The notes under the pieces are model-generated. The model had not been told where the DNA came from. It searched no databases and saw only the letters and a list, made by a program, of their open reading frames with translations. A DNA stretch of 64,000 bases from a virus (lineage: Duplodnaviria > Caudoviricetes), in the IMG/VR virus record IMGVR_UViG_3300027973_000031, positions 47,589-111,588 of that record; one strand, written 5' to 3'. A program made the translations under genes and the position numbers. Below are positions 56,136-63,722 of this stretch, piece after piece (the first letter of the stretch is position 1; every line of letters begins with the position of its first letter).

Positions 56136-56951
56136 ATGAAAAAAATAATTCTGTCGTTAATGCTATTGTTTGGTTCCGTCAGAGCAGAAGCTCTAACCAT
56201 TGAAGATGGTGTGAATCAATCGATTGTTGATGATGTATCTCACGGTGAAGATAAGTTTAATTTGCCAATCTGGACCAGAATAGGTTTTGTGAAAGGTAAT
56301 GATGAATTTGATTCAAGGCATGAGAATTATAGACGATCTACATTTCTTGCTCATCACGAAATCAGGGATGCGAAAACACATTATGTTATCGTATGGAACC
56401 ACGGAATGGGAGGATTCAAGGACTTTGGTAATAACATTTACCCCTTCTTGAAATACCTCTACGATTCTGGAAAGAGTTTCACTTGGATTTCCCCAGAACT
56501 TCCTTGGAGCAAGTATGTAAATGGCATTGACGGCAGAACGGCTTGGAAGAAGAGTGGATCATTTAAAAAGTTCTATGATTCTTCCATAGCTTTGGTCCCG
56601 CAGTTGACATCAAGCAAACAGATTGTTATAGTTGTCGCAGGACACTCGCGTGGGGGAAAGTCAATTGCTAATGCAGCCAGAAGTGGCGATCTGTGCAAAG
56701 TAAACCCAAGCTGGGTTATTTGGTCAGATGCAAGTTATTCCCAGTGGCTGGATGATGCTTGGAAGTTTTGCTTAGAAAATAATGCCTCGCGTGTCGAGGT
56801 GTTCTACTTGAAGGGCACAGAAACACAAGCATCAGCAAAACGACTGGAAAAACAAAATAATAAACTTGTTAGCATTCACCAGTTGACTTCCCCTTGGTAT
56901 CATGGTAAGATCGGCAAGTCAGTGATAATGATGTCAGAGGCTTTTAGATGA
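56136..56951 (+). CDS. Secreted alpha/beta-hydrolase-like protein
   Basis: Signal peptide; IVWNHG and nucleophile elbow GHSRGG. Confidence 0.7.
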   Translation: MKKIILSLMLLFGSVRAEALTIEDGVNQSIVDDVSHGEDKFNLPIWTRIGFVKGNDEFDSRHENYRRSTFLAHHEIRDAKTHYVIVWNHGMGGFKDFGNNIYPFLKYLYDSGKSFTWISPELPWSKYVNGIDGRTAWKKSGSFKKFYDSSIALVPQLTSSKQIVIVVAGHSRGGKSIANAARSGDLCKVNPSWVIWSDASYSQWLDDAWKFCLENNASRVEVFYLKGTETQASAKRLEKQNNKLVSIHQLTSPWYHGKIGKSVIMMSEAFR

Positions 56952-57172
56952 AGAACCCATTTACACAACACCCGCAATCAGTAGGCGAAACTTATATTCA
57001 ACACTTGCTGATTGCTTGGAAAGGAACGTATCGTCTTGGATTGTCGGCAGTAATCTTTTTCTTCCACGCAATCTTTCCTTTTCTTCCAATTCCAAAACCA
57101 TTTGATTTAGATTCAACATCTGACTGGCTAAACTCGATTAGAGCAAGGAGAGAAAATAATGGGAACCCGTAG
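56948..57172 (+). CDS. Small membrane protein (DUF6356-like)
   Basis: FTQHPQSVGETYIQH...HAIFPFL. Confidence 0.65.
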   Translation: MKNPFTQHPQSVGETYIQHLLIAWKGTYRLGLSAVIFFFHAIFPFLPIPKPFDLDSTSDWLNSIRARRENNGNP

Positions 57173-57524
57173 TTTTATCGGCAAGAGTAATCCGGATAAG
57201 TCAATTACTACTATCTACTGCCATTTTGATGGTTATCCTGAACACAATGGCAAGATTCTAATTGATAATTATATCACAGAAGAAATGGTAGATTCTCTTC
57301 TTGCCGGTGGAGATATGAGCAGTTTGGGTGTTGTTCCGCATATGTGCGATACATATCGTGCTCGCGGAGAAAGAGGAGTAGATGCTAGAATCTACACCGA
57401 TTTTGACACAATGTTTAATGGTGGCGTTGACTCTTGGGCAGAATACTTCTACGTTTATGAAGATGGCGTATGGCGTTGTTGGAACAGAAAGAAAGAAATA
57501 ATTGATCTAACAAAGCTGGAATGA
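57159..57524 (+). CDS. Conserved phage hypothetical protein
   Basis: MGTRS.IG...IYCHFDGYP...G..L and EYFYVY. Confidence 0.7.
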   Translation: MGTRSFIGKSNPDKSITTIYCHFDGYPEHNGKILIDNYITEEMVDSLLAGGDMSSLGVVPHMCDTYRARGERGVDARIYTDFDTMFNGGVDSWAEYFYVYEDGVWRCWNRKKEIIDLTKLE

Positions 57525-57531
57525 TAAATAA

Positions 57532-57606
57532 GGGCATGTAGTCCAACAGGCAGGAGACAATTGACTTAAAATCAATACAGTGTGGGTTCGAATCCCACCG
57601 CGCCCA
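57532..57606 (+). tRNA. tRNA-Leu(TAA), short variable arm
   Basis: ATTGA-CT-TAA-AA-TCAAT; one acceptor-stem mismatch. Confidence 0.85.
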
Positions 57607-57619
57607 CCGAGAGCACCAA

Positions 57620-57760
57620 ATGAAAGTAATTAAGCTAAGTATAGAATACTATTCAGAACCAAGAAATTGGTTAACAAAAACTTGGATATATTCTAATGGT
57701 AATAAGAGAAAAACTTGTAAGGTAAAGATTAGAGAAGTAGATTTATCCAAAGGTCCGTAA
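57620..57760 (+). CDS. 46-aa member of the MxxIKL small-protein family
   Basis: MKVIKLSIEYYSEPRNWLTKTWIYSNGNKR...; the stop overlaps the tRNA-Thr 5' end. Confidence 0.45.
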   Translation: MKVIKLSIEYYSEPRNWLTKTWIYSNGNKRKTCKVKIREVDLSKGP

Positions 57761-57826
57761 ACATTGACGGCGATGTACCAGATTTGTAACCTGGAAAACT
57801 CAGTTCAACTCTGAGACGGACCTCCA
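57752..57826 (+). tRNA. tRNA-Thr(TGT)
   Basis: GGTCCGT/ACGGACC acceptor, loop TT-TGT-AA and TCCA end. Confidence 0.82.
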
Positions 57827-57991
57827 ATCCAGAAGTAGCCGAAATTTTGGGTAAGATCACTTTGAATGATCGGATTGAATAGAATCCTCCCTATTAGGTA
57901 GGTTAAGAAAGGCTCACCCAGTGAGATTAGTTTTTAACAACGTCAATATATGGCCCCTATAACAAGATAGTTCTTAGCCGCAATCCTGGAT
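57827..57991 (+). ncRNA. Unknown multibranch structured RNA
   Basis: ATCCAG/CTGGAT closing stem with nested TGGGT/ACCCA, GATCA/TGATC and GGATT/AATCC. Confidence 0.45.
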
Positions 57992-57995
57992 GACA

Positions 57996-58144
57996 AACGA
58001 ATTATGAGAGTAGCTTATCGCTCTAATTCAATTTGGTAGAACTCCGCGTGTAGCGGAAGATGTAGGTTCAAGTCCTACGAGTGGCCGACAAAGAGAAGCA
58101 GGATCACCGTGGTCAAGGTATAATCCGAAATCTCATAATTCGTT
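57996..58144 (+). ncRNA. Unknown RNA with 14-bp closing stem enclosing a tRNA-like domain (58017-58086)
   Basis: AACGAATTATGAGA/TCTCATAATTCGTT; inner D arm, TCCGC-GTGTA-GCGGA and GTAGG-TTCAAGT-CCTAC. Confidence 0.65.
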
Positions 58145-58158
58145 CCATAAGGTTTAAG

Positions 58159-58359
58159 ATGAAAGTAATTAAGCTTTTTGTTGACTGTGATTATTTTGGG
58201 AAAGAAGAAGTCCCAATTAAATTATGGACAGTAAACGACAAGCCAATAGAGTTTCCAAGACCTTATCTTACCTATCCAGATGGTGAAAAAGTTTATTGGA
58301 AGAATGAGAGATACTCCCATCGTGTTTTGACTAGCGGCGAAACTATTTATAGAAAGTAG
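58159..58359 (+). CDS. MxxIKL-family protein with one degenerate repeat unit
   Basis: MKVIKL...PYLTYPDGEKVYWKNERYSHR. Confidence 0.55.
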   Translation: MKVIKLFVDCDYFGKEEVPIKLWTVNDKPIEFPRPYLTYPDGEKVYWKNERYSHRVLTSGETIYRK

Positions 58360-58373
58360 GGAGGGTCCAATGA

Positions 58374-58844
58374 ATGTTTACACTATTAGCTCAAGTTGAT
58401 CTATCACACGCGGTTACTGCAACACAAGACATTGATATAAATCAATTAGCGCACCTTAGCGGAGGCAATCCAATGATGCTTCTGGCTTTGGGCGTTGTTG
58501 CTGCTTTAGGTGGCAAAAAGGGTTGGGATTGGTTAAAGCAGCGCCAAGAACAACAACACGAACAAAAGATGGCTGAAATTGAAGCACAGAAAGTTTCTGC
58601 TTCAACTGGTCACGAACAATGTGTTGCAAAACAACAAACATTGGAAACTCAAGTGTCAGGATTAAAGGGAAAGATTGTTGACATTGAAAACAAAGCTGTC
58701 TCTTATCAGAAAGAATCACAAGAACAAATCAAACAACAACAAGAAGCTCTTGAAAACATTGAAGAAGTTGTAAAGAAAACAAAGAAGAAAGTTAAGAAGC
58801 TTGAAGAGTTGGCAGAAGAATCAGAAAAGAAGAAGGGTAAATAA
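58374..58844 (+). CDS. Membrane-anchored coiled-coil protein (possible lysis protein)
   Basis: ACTATTTA at 58342; TM helix followed by coiled coil. Confidence 0.55.
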   Translation: MFTLLAQVDLSHAVTATQDIDINQLAHLSGGNPMMLLALGVVAALGGKKGWDWLKQRQEQQHEQKMAEIEAQKVSASTGHEQCVAKQQTLETQVSGLKGKIVDIENKAVSYQKESQEQIKQQQEALENIEEVVKKTKKKVKKLEELAEESEKKKGK

Positions 58845-58847
58845 TCA

Positions 58848-59540
58848 GTGGAAGAGGAATCTTCTTTACCCGCAGAAGCAACCGAAACCAAATGCGAAAT
58901 AAAATCTGGTGAAGTGGTATTGCTTATGCCTGGTGGACGTGCTAAGATGCCTGATGGAACTACGAGAGAATCCTTAAAGGATTGCAAGTTTCGTAGTGGT
59001 TCATCATTTATACTTTACCACGGAGATAAAACAAATTCTATGATTGCTGTAAAAACTTCTAAACCAAACAAACAAAAGACCTTTCCTGCTGTGGTGGTGC
59101 CTACCTCGCCTACACCCGTATACGATGACACCATACCCACGGTAGAAGTCCCAACGAATCAAGCTGTTAAGCAGGTTGGACACAATATAGGATTTGATCC
59201 TTTATTTGCAGGAATGATTGGTTTGGCAGGATTGACTGCTGTCGTTGTATCATCTGTTGTAAACTCAGCAAAGCTTAAGAGATCCAAGAACCTTGAGCAT
59301 ATGACTCATCACAACAATAAGAGACAAGAAGAACAGAATAAGTGCAACAGCAATTCCGAAGGTGTTAAGTCTCTTATCGCAATGACAGAAGAAATGGCGG
59401 ATACAAGTCCAGTATCCAGATTGGAAGTTAAGTCAGATCCAAAGTTTGGTAATAAAGTTGTAGAAATTAATTCTGAATTGGTTAAAATAAATAAAGATCT
59501 CAGAAATCTGGAAGACAAACTTACGAAAGTTAAGAATTAA
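58848..59540 (+). CDS. Single-TM protein with coiled-coil tail
   Basis: Hydrophobic LFAGMIGLAGLTAVVV segment. Confidence 0.5.
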   Translation: MEEESSLPAEATETKCEIKSGEVVLLMPGGRAKMPDGTTRESLKDCKFRSGSSFILYHGDKTNSMIAVKTSKPNKQKTFPAVVVPTSPTPVYDDTIPTVEVPTNQAVKQVGHNIGFDPLFAGMIGLAGLTAVVVSSVVNSAKLKRSKNLEHMTHHNNKRQEEQNKCNSNSEGVKSLIAMTEEMADTSPVSRLEVKSDPKFGNKVVEINSELVKINKDLRNLEDKLTKVKN

Positions 59541-59584
59541 AGAATGTAATCTACTATTTATTACACAATCGTAGGAGGATTGCA

Positions 59585-59851
59585 ATGAACGATAAATTAT
59601 TAAAGAAATTGGTCCTTGAAACGATCCAAGAAATTTTAGGTGAAGGCGAAGATTCTGATGATCCAAAAGAATTTAAACATCTGGAACGAGATTCTAGTAA
59701 TCTGGTTGTTCATAAAAATTGCGGAGGTCATTTTAGAGAAATGAGTCTTCACGATGATTGGGAAGGCAGATTAACTTGTGATGAATGTGGAAGTCATATA
59801 AAACAAGATATTATACGTTCTTTTAAAAAGAAAACACAAGATAAAGATTAA
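59585..59851 (+). CDS. Small zinc-ribbon protein with LxE leader
   Basis: ACTATTTA at 59553; LKKLVLETIQEILGE; HKNC...CDEC. Confidence 0.6.
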   Translation: MNDKLLKKLVLETIQEILGEGEDSDDPKEFKHLERDSSNLVVHKNCGGHFREMSLHDDWEGRLTCDECGSHIKQDIIRSFKKKTQDKD

Positions 59852-59867
59852 TCTCTTTTAGCCTCCC

Positions 59868-59919
59868 TTGACACAAAAACCCTCCTCTGCTATAGTTAGT
59901 TGTATAGAGAGGAGGGTTC
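59868..59919 (+). promoter_or_regulatory. Sigma70 promoter with RBS-occluding hairpin
   Basis: TTGACA-N17-TATAGT; stem AACCCTCCTCT(G)CTATA/TATAGAGAGGAGGGTT. Confidence 0.78.
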
Positions 59920-59922
59920 GTT

Positions 59923-60108
59923 ATGTTTGTCGTTTGCAAGAAATGTGGTGTCGAACACGATGCCAGAGATGTCAATAACGGTATTTGCGTTTGGTGTGAA
60001 CAGAAGGAGAATAGCGAAACCGCTGCACTCCAAAGTTCTCAGCGTTCTCTCTTTATTAAGAGGGTTGACTGGAAATACAAGGCAGGCTATAGTCGCTACA
60101 ACAAGTGA
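59923..60108 (+). CDS. Small zinc-finger protein
   Basis: CKKC...CVWC; GAGGAGG RBS. Confidence 0.6.
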   Translation: MFVVCKKCGVEHDARDVNNGICVWCEQKENSETAALQSSQRSLFIKRVDWKYKAGYSRYNK

Positions 60109-60374
60109 GGTCCACAGTGAGCTACCGAAGATATTATTATATTACCAAGGATTCAACCCTTTCACAGCTTAAGACATCAATCGAGAATCTTGAAAATCTA
60201 TTTTCCAGTGAAGCAGAACACGCTGTTTCAACAGATCTGATCGAGGTTGAGGGAATGAATACGATTTCGTGTCCCGCACACTTTGTTCAGTTGATTCACG
60301 CAATCAAGCTTCTCAAAGACTTGGAACGTAGAGTTGAAGCTGATGAGTTTGTTTCACTTCAAGGAAAGGAATAG
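60105..60374 (+). CDS. Hypothetical protein
   Basis: Coupled ORF. Confidence 0.45.
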   Translation: MRSTVSYRRYYYITKDSTLSQLKTSIENLENLFSSEAEHAVSTDLIEVEGMNTISCPAHFVQLIHAIKLLKDLERRVEADEFVSLQGKE

Positions 60375-60380
60375 TTTAAC

Positions 60381-60739
60381 GGGGGTGTAAAGGTTTCGAC
60401 TGGGTAGGATATACGATTATGCAGGACGATGGGCAGCGTGGCATCGTAAAAACGCTGAAATGTTTAATTGCCAACGACAACGTTGCTTTTGATTACGCCG
60501 TAGCGGCTTAAATCACGGAGTCTCCAAACACTCTGTAAAACAAGTTTGGATAGGTTGGAGTCTTATCGAAAACAAGATTCATTGGCATTTCTAACTGGTT
60601 TTGCCATAAATAAATCAGTATGAAGTCCCTGTAACTCAGGTGTTTTTGCCAAGGGTAGGTTGGGTGCTTGGCTATTCCTGTGAATGAGTAATCGTATTGA
60701 GTATTTAGGATAGCGGTTCAATTCCGCTCACCTCCACCA
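60381..60739 (+). ncRNA. ssrA: tmRNA; tag ANDNVAFDYAVAA (60470-60511)
   Basis: GGGGGTGTAAAGGTTTCGAC 5' end, G3.U acceptor pair, GCGGTTCAATTCCGC T arm, ACCA, and a tag ending in AA-stop. Confidence 0.95.
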
Positions 60740-60769
60740 ATTTCCCCTCAGCTCCACCAATGAGGAATT

Positions 60770-61138
60770 ATGTATCATCGTTTTAAGAAGGGGATGACAG
60801 TTAGTGAATTGATTGAAGATTTGCAAATGATAATTGCCGATCTTTCGTTGAAGAATGAAGATGAAATTGTTTTTGCACAACTTAAAATTTCTACTGAACA
60901 GACTTGCCGAAATGACCTCACTTATGATCAAGAAAATCGTTATGATGAAGAAACAGTGTTGGATGAAATCGTTCAATATATTCCTCCGCACGATGTAATC
61001 AGATACTTTCTGGATTCAGAAGAAGAAGCAAGAAATTCCGATGATTATTGGGATAGGATGCAAGATTCAAAAAGTGAAATTTGGTCAGAGCTTATTGAAA
61101 ATCTTCCGAAAGAATTGAGGGATAAGAATGGATTTTGA
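60770..61138 (+). CDS. Hypothetical acidic protein
   Basis: GAGGA RBS. Confidence 0.55.
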   Translation: MYHRFKKGMTVSELIEDLQMIIADLSLKNEDEIVFAQLKISTEQTCRNDLTYDQENRYDEETVLDEIVQYIPPHDVIRYFLDSEEEARNSDDYWDRMQDSKSEIWSELIENLPKELRDKNGF

Positions 61139-61400
61139 GAAAAGCATTAGAGCAGTAAACGCTAAACACTTTCGTTGGGTTGAAGGTATGCTTGCACACA
61201 TCCCAGATAATGGTAATTGGCATACCATCCGAGTAACTCCGCCTGTTGCGGAGAACTGGAATAGTAAAGAAATTAAAGACTGCTTGCCAGATACAGAAGA
61301 CCCTGCTACAATCGGCTGTATGCTTGACCTTGCTGGTGAACAGTTTGATGTGGATACGTTAATCGATGTTCTGGAAGTATCAGCAACAGATGTAGCGTAA
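61128..61400 (+). CDS. Hypothetical protein
   Basis: F.W..GM...PD..DPATIGC.L motif. Confidence 0.6.
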   Translation: MDFEKSIRAVNAKHFRWVEGMLAHIPDNGNWHTIRVTPPVAENWNSKEIKDCLPDTEDPATIGCMLDLAGEQFDVDTLIDVLEVSATDVA

Positions 61401-61410
61401 GGAATGTATT

Positions 61411-62136
61411 ATGAGATTTCAAATCATCAGCGATGTTCATACGGAGTTTCACCGTGACGGCGGAAAACACTTTTGTGAGAATGTTCCAGTACTTTCGTCT
61501 GTGCTTGTTGTTGCTGGTGATTTTACTATGCATCGGTATATGGTTGATTGTTTCACGACCTTGGCGAACAGATTTGAAAATGTGATCTATGTTCACGGGA
61601 ATCACGAGTATTATGATGCTCTAAGAGGAGATGTTCATAACACGATGAATAAGCTGACAAAGCGATTGTCCAACTTTTACTGGCTAAATAATAAAGCCAT
61701 TGAGATTGATGGACAACGCTTTATTGGCGGAACGATGTGGTTTAAGGATGATCCTGACAACGTGATGTATCAAGATCTAATGAATGACTTTACGGTTATT
61801 CCTGGATTCCGCAAATGGGTTTACGAAGAGAATCAGAAGACTCTGGATTTCCTTAACAAAGAAATGAAAGCTGGTGATGTGGTTATTACCCACCACGCTC
61901 CTTCCGACCTGTCCACCGACAAAAGACACAAAGGAAGCCCGACCAATCGATTCTATGTCTGTGATCAGTCTGAACTAATCAGAGAGAGAAAGCCAAGCTA
62001 TTGGATTCACGGACATATGCATACACCAGTTGAGTATCCTCTTTACGATACTTGGATTGTTTCTAATCCTTTCGGCTACATTGGACACGAATCAACGCCT
62101 GCGATAGAATCGTATGGTAAAGTCCTCGGAGATTAA
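61411..62136 (+). CDS. Calcineurin-like metallophosphoesterase
   Basis: ISDVH, AGD, GNHEYY, THHAP and IHGHMH. Confidence 0.9.
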   Translation: MRFQIISDVHTEFHRDGGKHFCENVPVLSSVLVVAGDFTMHRYMVDCFTTLANRFENVIYVHGNHEYYDALRGDVHNTMNKLTKRLSNFYWLNNKAIEIDGQRFIGGTMWFKDDPDNVMYQDLMNDFTVIPGFRKWVYEENQKTLDFLNKEMKAGDVVITHHAPSDLSTDKRHKGSPTNRFYVCDQSELIRERKPSYWIHGHMHTPVEYPLYDTWIVSNPFGYIGHESTPAIESYGKVLGD

Positions 62137-62138
62137 GA

Positions 62139-62543
62139 ATGTATAGAATTGAGATGTCCAGAAGAAATGAGAGGTTGTTTGGCTTTGCAAAGAGAATGGC
62201 AGAGCTTTCCAGCTACGGAAAGTTCCGACACGGAGCCGTTTTGGTTCATCACGGTGTTGTTCTCAATGCTTCCCACAACAAGGATAAGCCTTGTTCGTTT
62301 GGAAGTCGTTTTCGTTGCAAGTCTAAGGGTCAAGCAACACTTCACGCAGAACTTGGTGCCATTCTTAATATGCCTCGTGAATCAACCGAAGGTGCAGACG
62401 TTTATGTTGTGAGAGTTAATTACGATAATGAATTCAGGAACTCAAAGCCCTGTCCGATGTGTCAGGAAGCAATGAGGTTCTGTGGAATCAAGAGAGTATT
62501 TTATTCAACTGAATACGGACACTTTGAAGTGATGAAGCTATGA
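62139..62543 (+). CDS. Cytidine/dCMP deaminase-family protein
   Basis: HGAVL, LHAE and KPCPMC. Confidence 0.85.
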   Translation: MYRIEMSRRNERLFGFAKRMAELSSYGKFRHGAVLVHHGVVLNASHNKDKPCSFGSRFRCKSKGQATLHAELGAILNMPRESTEGADVYVVRVNYDNEFRNSKPCPMCQEAMRFCGIKRVFYSTEYGHFEVMKL

Positions 62544-62689
62544 TTATCATCGAATTGGTTATTATAGATGTTGGATACAAAGGCTGGCTTAAAAATGGTA
62601 AGCCCCACAGGGACAATCAAAGACCTGCCATTTATTTAAAAGGCAAAAAGTTTTGGTTTGAAAACGGTGGCTTTCTTAAAAAAGAATAA
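62540..62689 (+). CDS. 49-aa MxxIEL-family protein with one repeat unit
   Basis: WLKNGKPHRDNQRPAIY..GKKFWFENG. Confidence 0.6.
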   Translation: MIIIELVIIDVGYKGWLKNGKPHRDNQRPAIYLKGKKFWFENGGFLKKE

Positions 62690-62691
62690 CA

Positions 62692-62817
62692 ATGAAAATG
62701 ATTGAATTGCAAGTTGAAATTCTCAAATACAATAAAACCACGGTTCTTCGATATGAGTGGTTTGGATTAAAGAATCAAGTTAAAAGAATTAGACGCTGGA
62801 GAGAGTTGGAGCAATAA
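62692..62817 (+). CDS. 41-aa MxxIEL small protein
   Basis: MKMIELQVEILKY...; fills the gap between neighbouring ORFs. Confidence 0.4.
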   Translation: MKMIELQVEILKYNKTTVLRYEWFGLKNQVKRIRRWRELEQ

Positions 62818-62819
62818 CA

Positions 62820-63011
62820 ATGAAAACAATTCCCTGCTCTTACAAAGACTGCAACCAAAGACGCATTCACTTTTCCATTCCAGATGAAAACCGTGATCAT
62901 CAAATGGTTGAGGTGACGGATGATCACGAAGGTGAAGCTTATTGCTCCTTTACCTGTGCGATTATGGATGGCAAAATTAGTGTCAAGTATGATCCGAAGA
63001 AAGAGAAATAG
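62820..63011 (+). CDS. Small zinc-finger protein
   Basis: CSYKDC...YCSFTC. Confidence 0.55.
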   Translation: MKTIPCSYKDCNQRRIHFSIPDENRDHQMVEVTDDHEGEAYCSFTCAIMDGKISVKYDPKKEK

Positions 63012-63055
63012 TCCAACACAGCTTTGGAAAAAACTCCCAATAAACAGGAATCAAA

Positions 63056-63289
63056 ATGAAGAAGATTACAAAAATTGTTTGTTCAATCAACAAAAAGGCA
63101 AACGCAGAAGCTCTAATTCAGTTCCAGTCAGAATTTAACTATTTTGTTTCGCAAGGTATTCCAGCAGAACAAGTCGTGAAAACTTGGAATGATTCGCAAG
63201 AGAGTTTCTACAATAAGGTTTATCTTGTTGAAGAATACAGTAAAATTGATTTGGCTTACGCGAAAGAAGAATTTCTAAATAGAAAATAG
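63056..63289 (+). CDS. Hypothetical protein
   Basis: AGGA RBS. Confidence 0.55.
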   Translation: MKKITKIVCSINKKANAEALIQFQSEFNYFVSQGIPAEQVVKTWNDSQESFYNKVYLVEEYSKIDLAYAKEEFLNRK

Positions 63290-63320
63290 TTTGAAACTCC
63301 AACCGCAAGAAGGAATCAAA

Positions 63321-63722
63321 ATGAAACACAGTAAAGGTCAGTGTCTAATATTCTTGGAAAGTAGATTACCTTGTGAAGATTGTGATCTTGAAGGGCATTC
63401 TCCAACCTGTGGTTGGCATAAAGATTGGCACGATTGCAGTTGTGGAGCACTTGACAAAGAAGGAATCAAAATGAATATTGATCAATTCCTGCAAAAAAAC
63501 CAACTGACACTTATCAAATCATTTCCTGTTCTTTGGAGAGCTTGGGCTTGTGATTCTGAATGGTACTTGACGCAGAACTCAAACGGTGATAAGATTCTTG
63601 TCGCAACCGAACACAATTCTCCTTACATCTGCAACCCAGAAGAACTGAAAGAACGAATCGAGTATTATAAAATGATCACAAAAGAATCAGAAGAGATTCT
63701 GAAAGAGTTGGAACCAAAATGA
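63321..63722 (+). CDS. Hypothetical protein (possibly two in-frame cassettes, second start at 63471)
   Basis: Identical AGGAATCAAAATGAA RBS/start at 63311 and 63461. Confidence 0.5.
   Translation: MKHSKGQCLIFLESRLPCEDCDLEGHSPTCGWHKDWHDCSCGALDKEGIKMNIDQFLQKNQLTLIKSFPVLWRAWACDSEWYLTQNSNGDKILVATEHNSPYICNPEELKERIEYYKMITKESEEILKELEPK

Noticed and set aside
57752-57826. tRNA-Tyr(GTA) reading of the loop TTTGTAA
   Set aside because: Centring the 7-nt loop gives TGT (Thr); the short variable arm and U discriminator fit Thr rather than bacterial Tyr.
58081-58158. 5' extension of ORF 58081..58359
   Set aside because: It overlaps the structured RNA; the ATG at 58159 matches the paralogous start at 57620.
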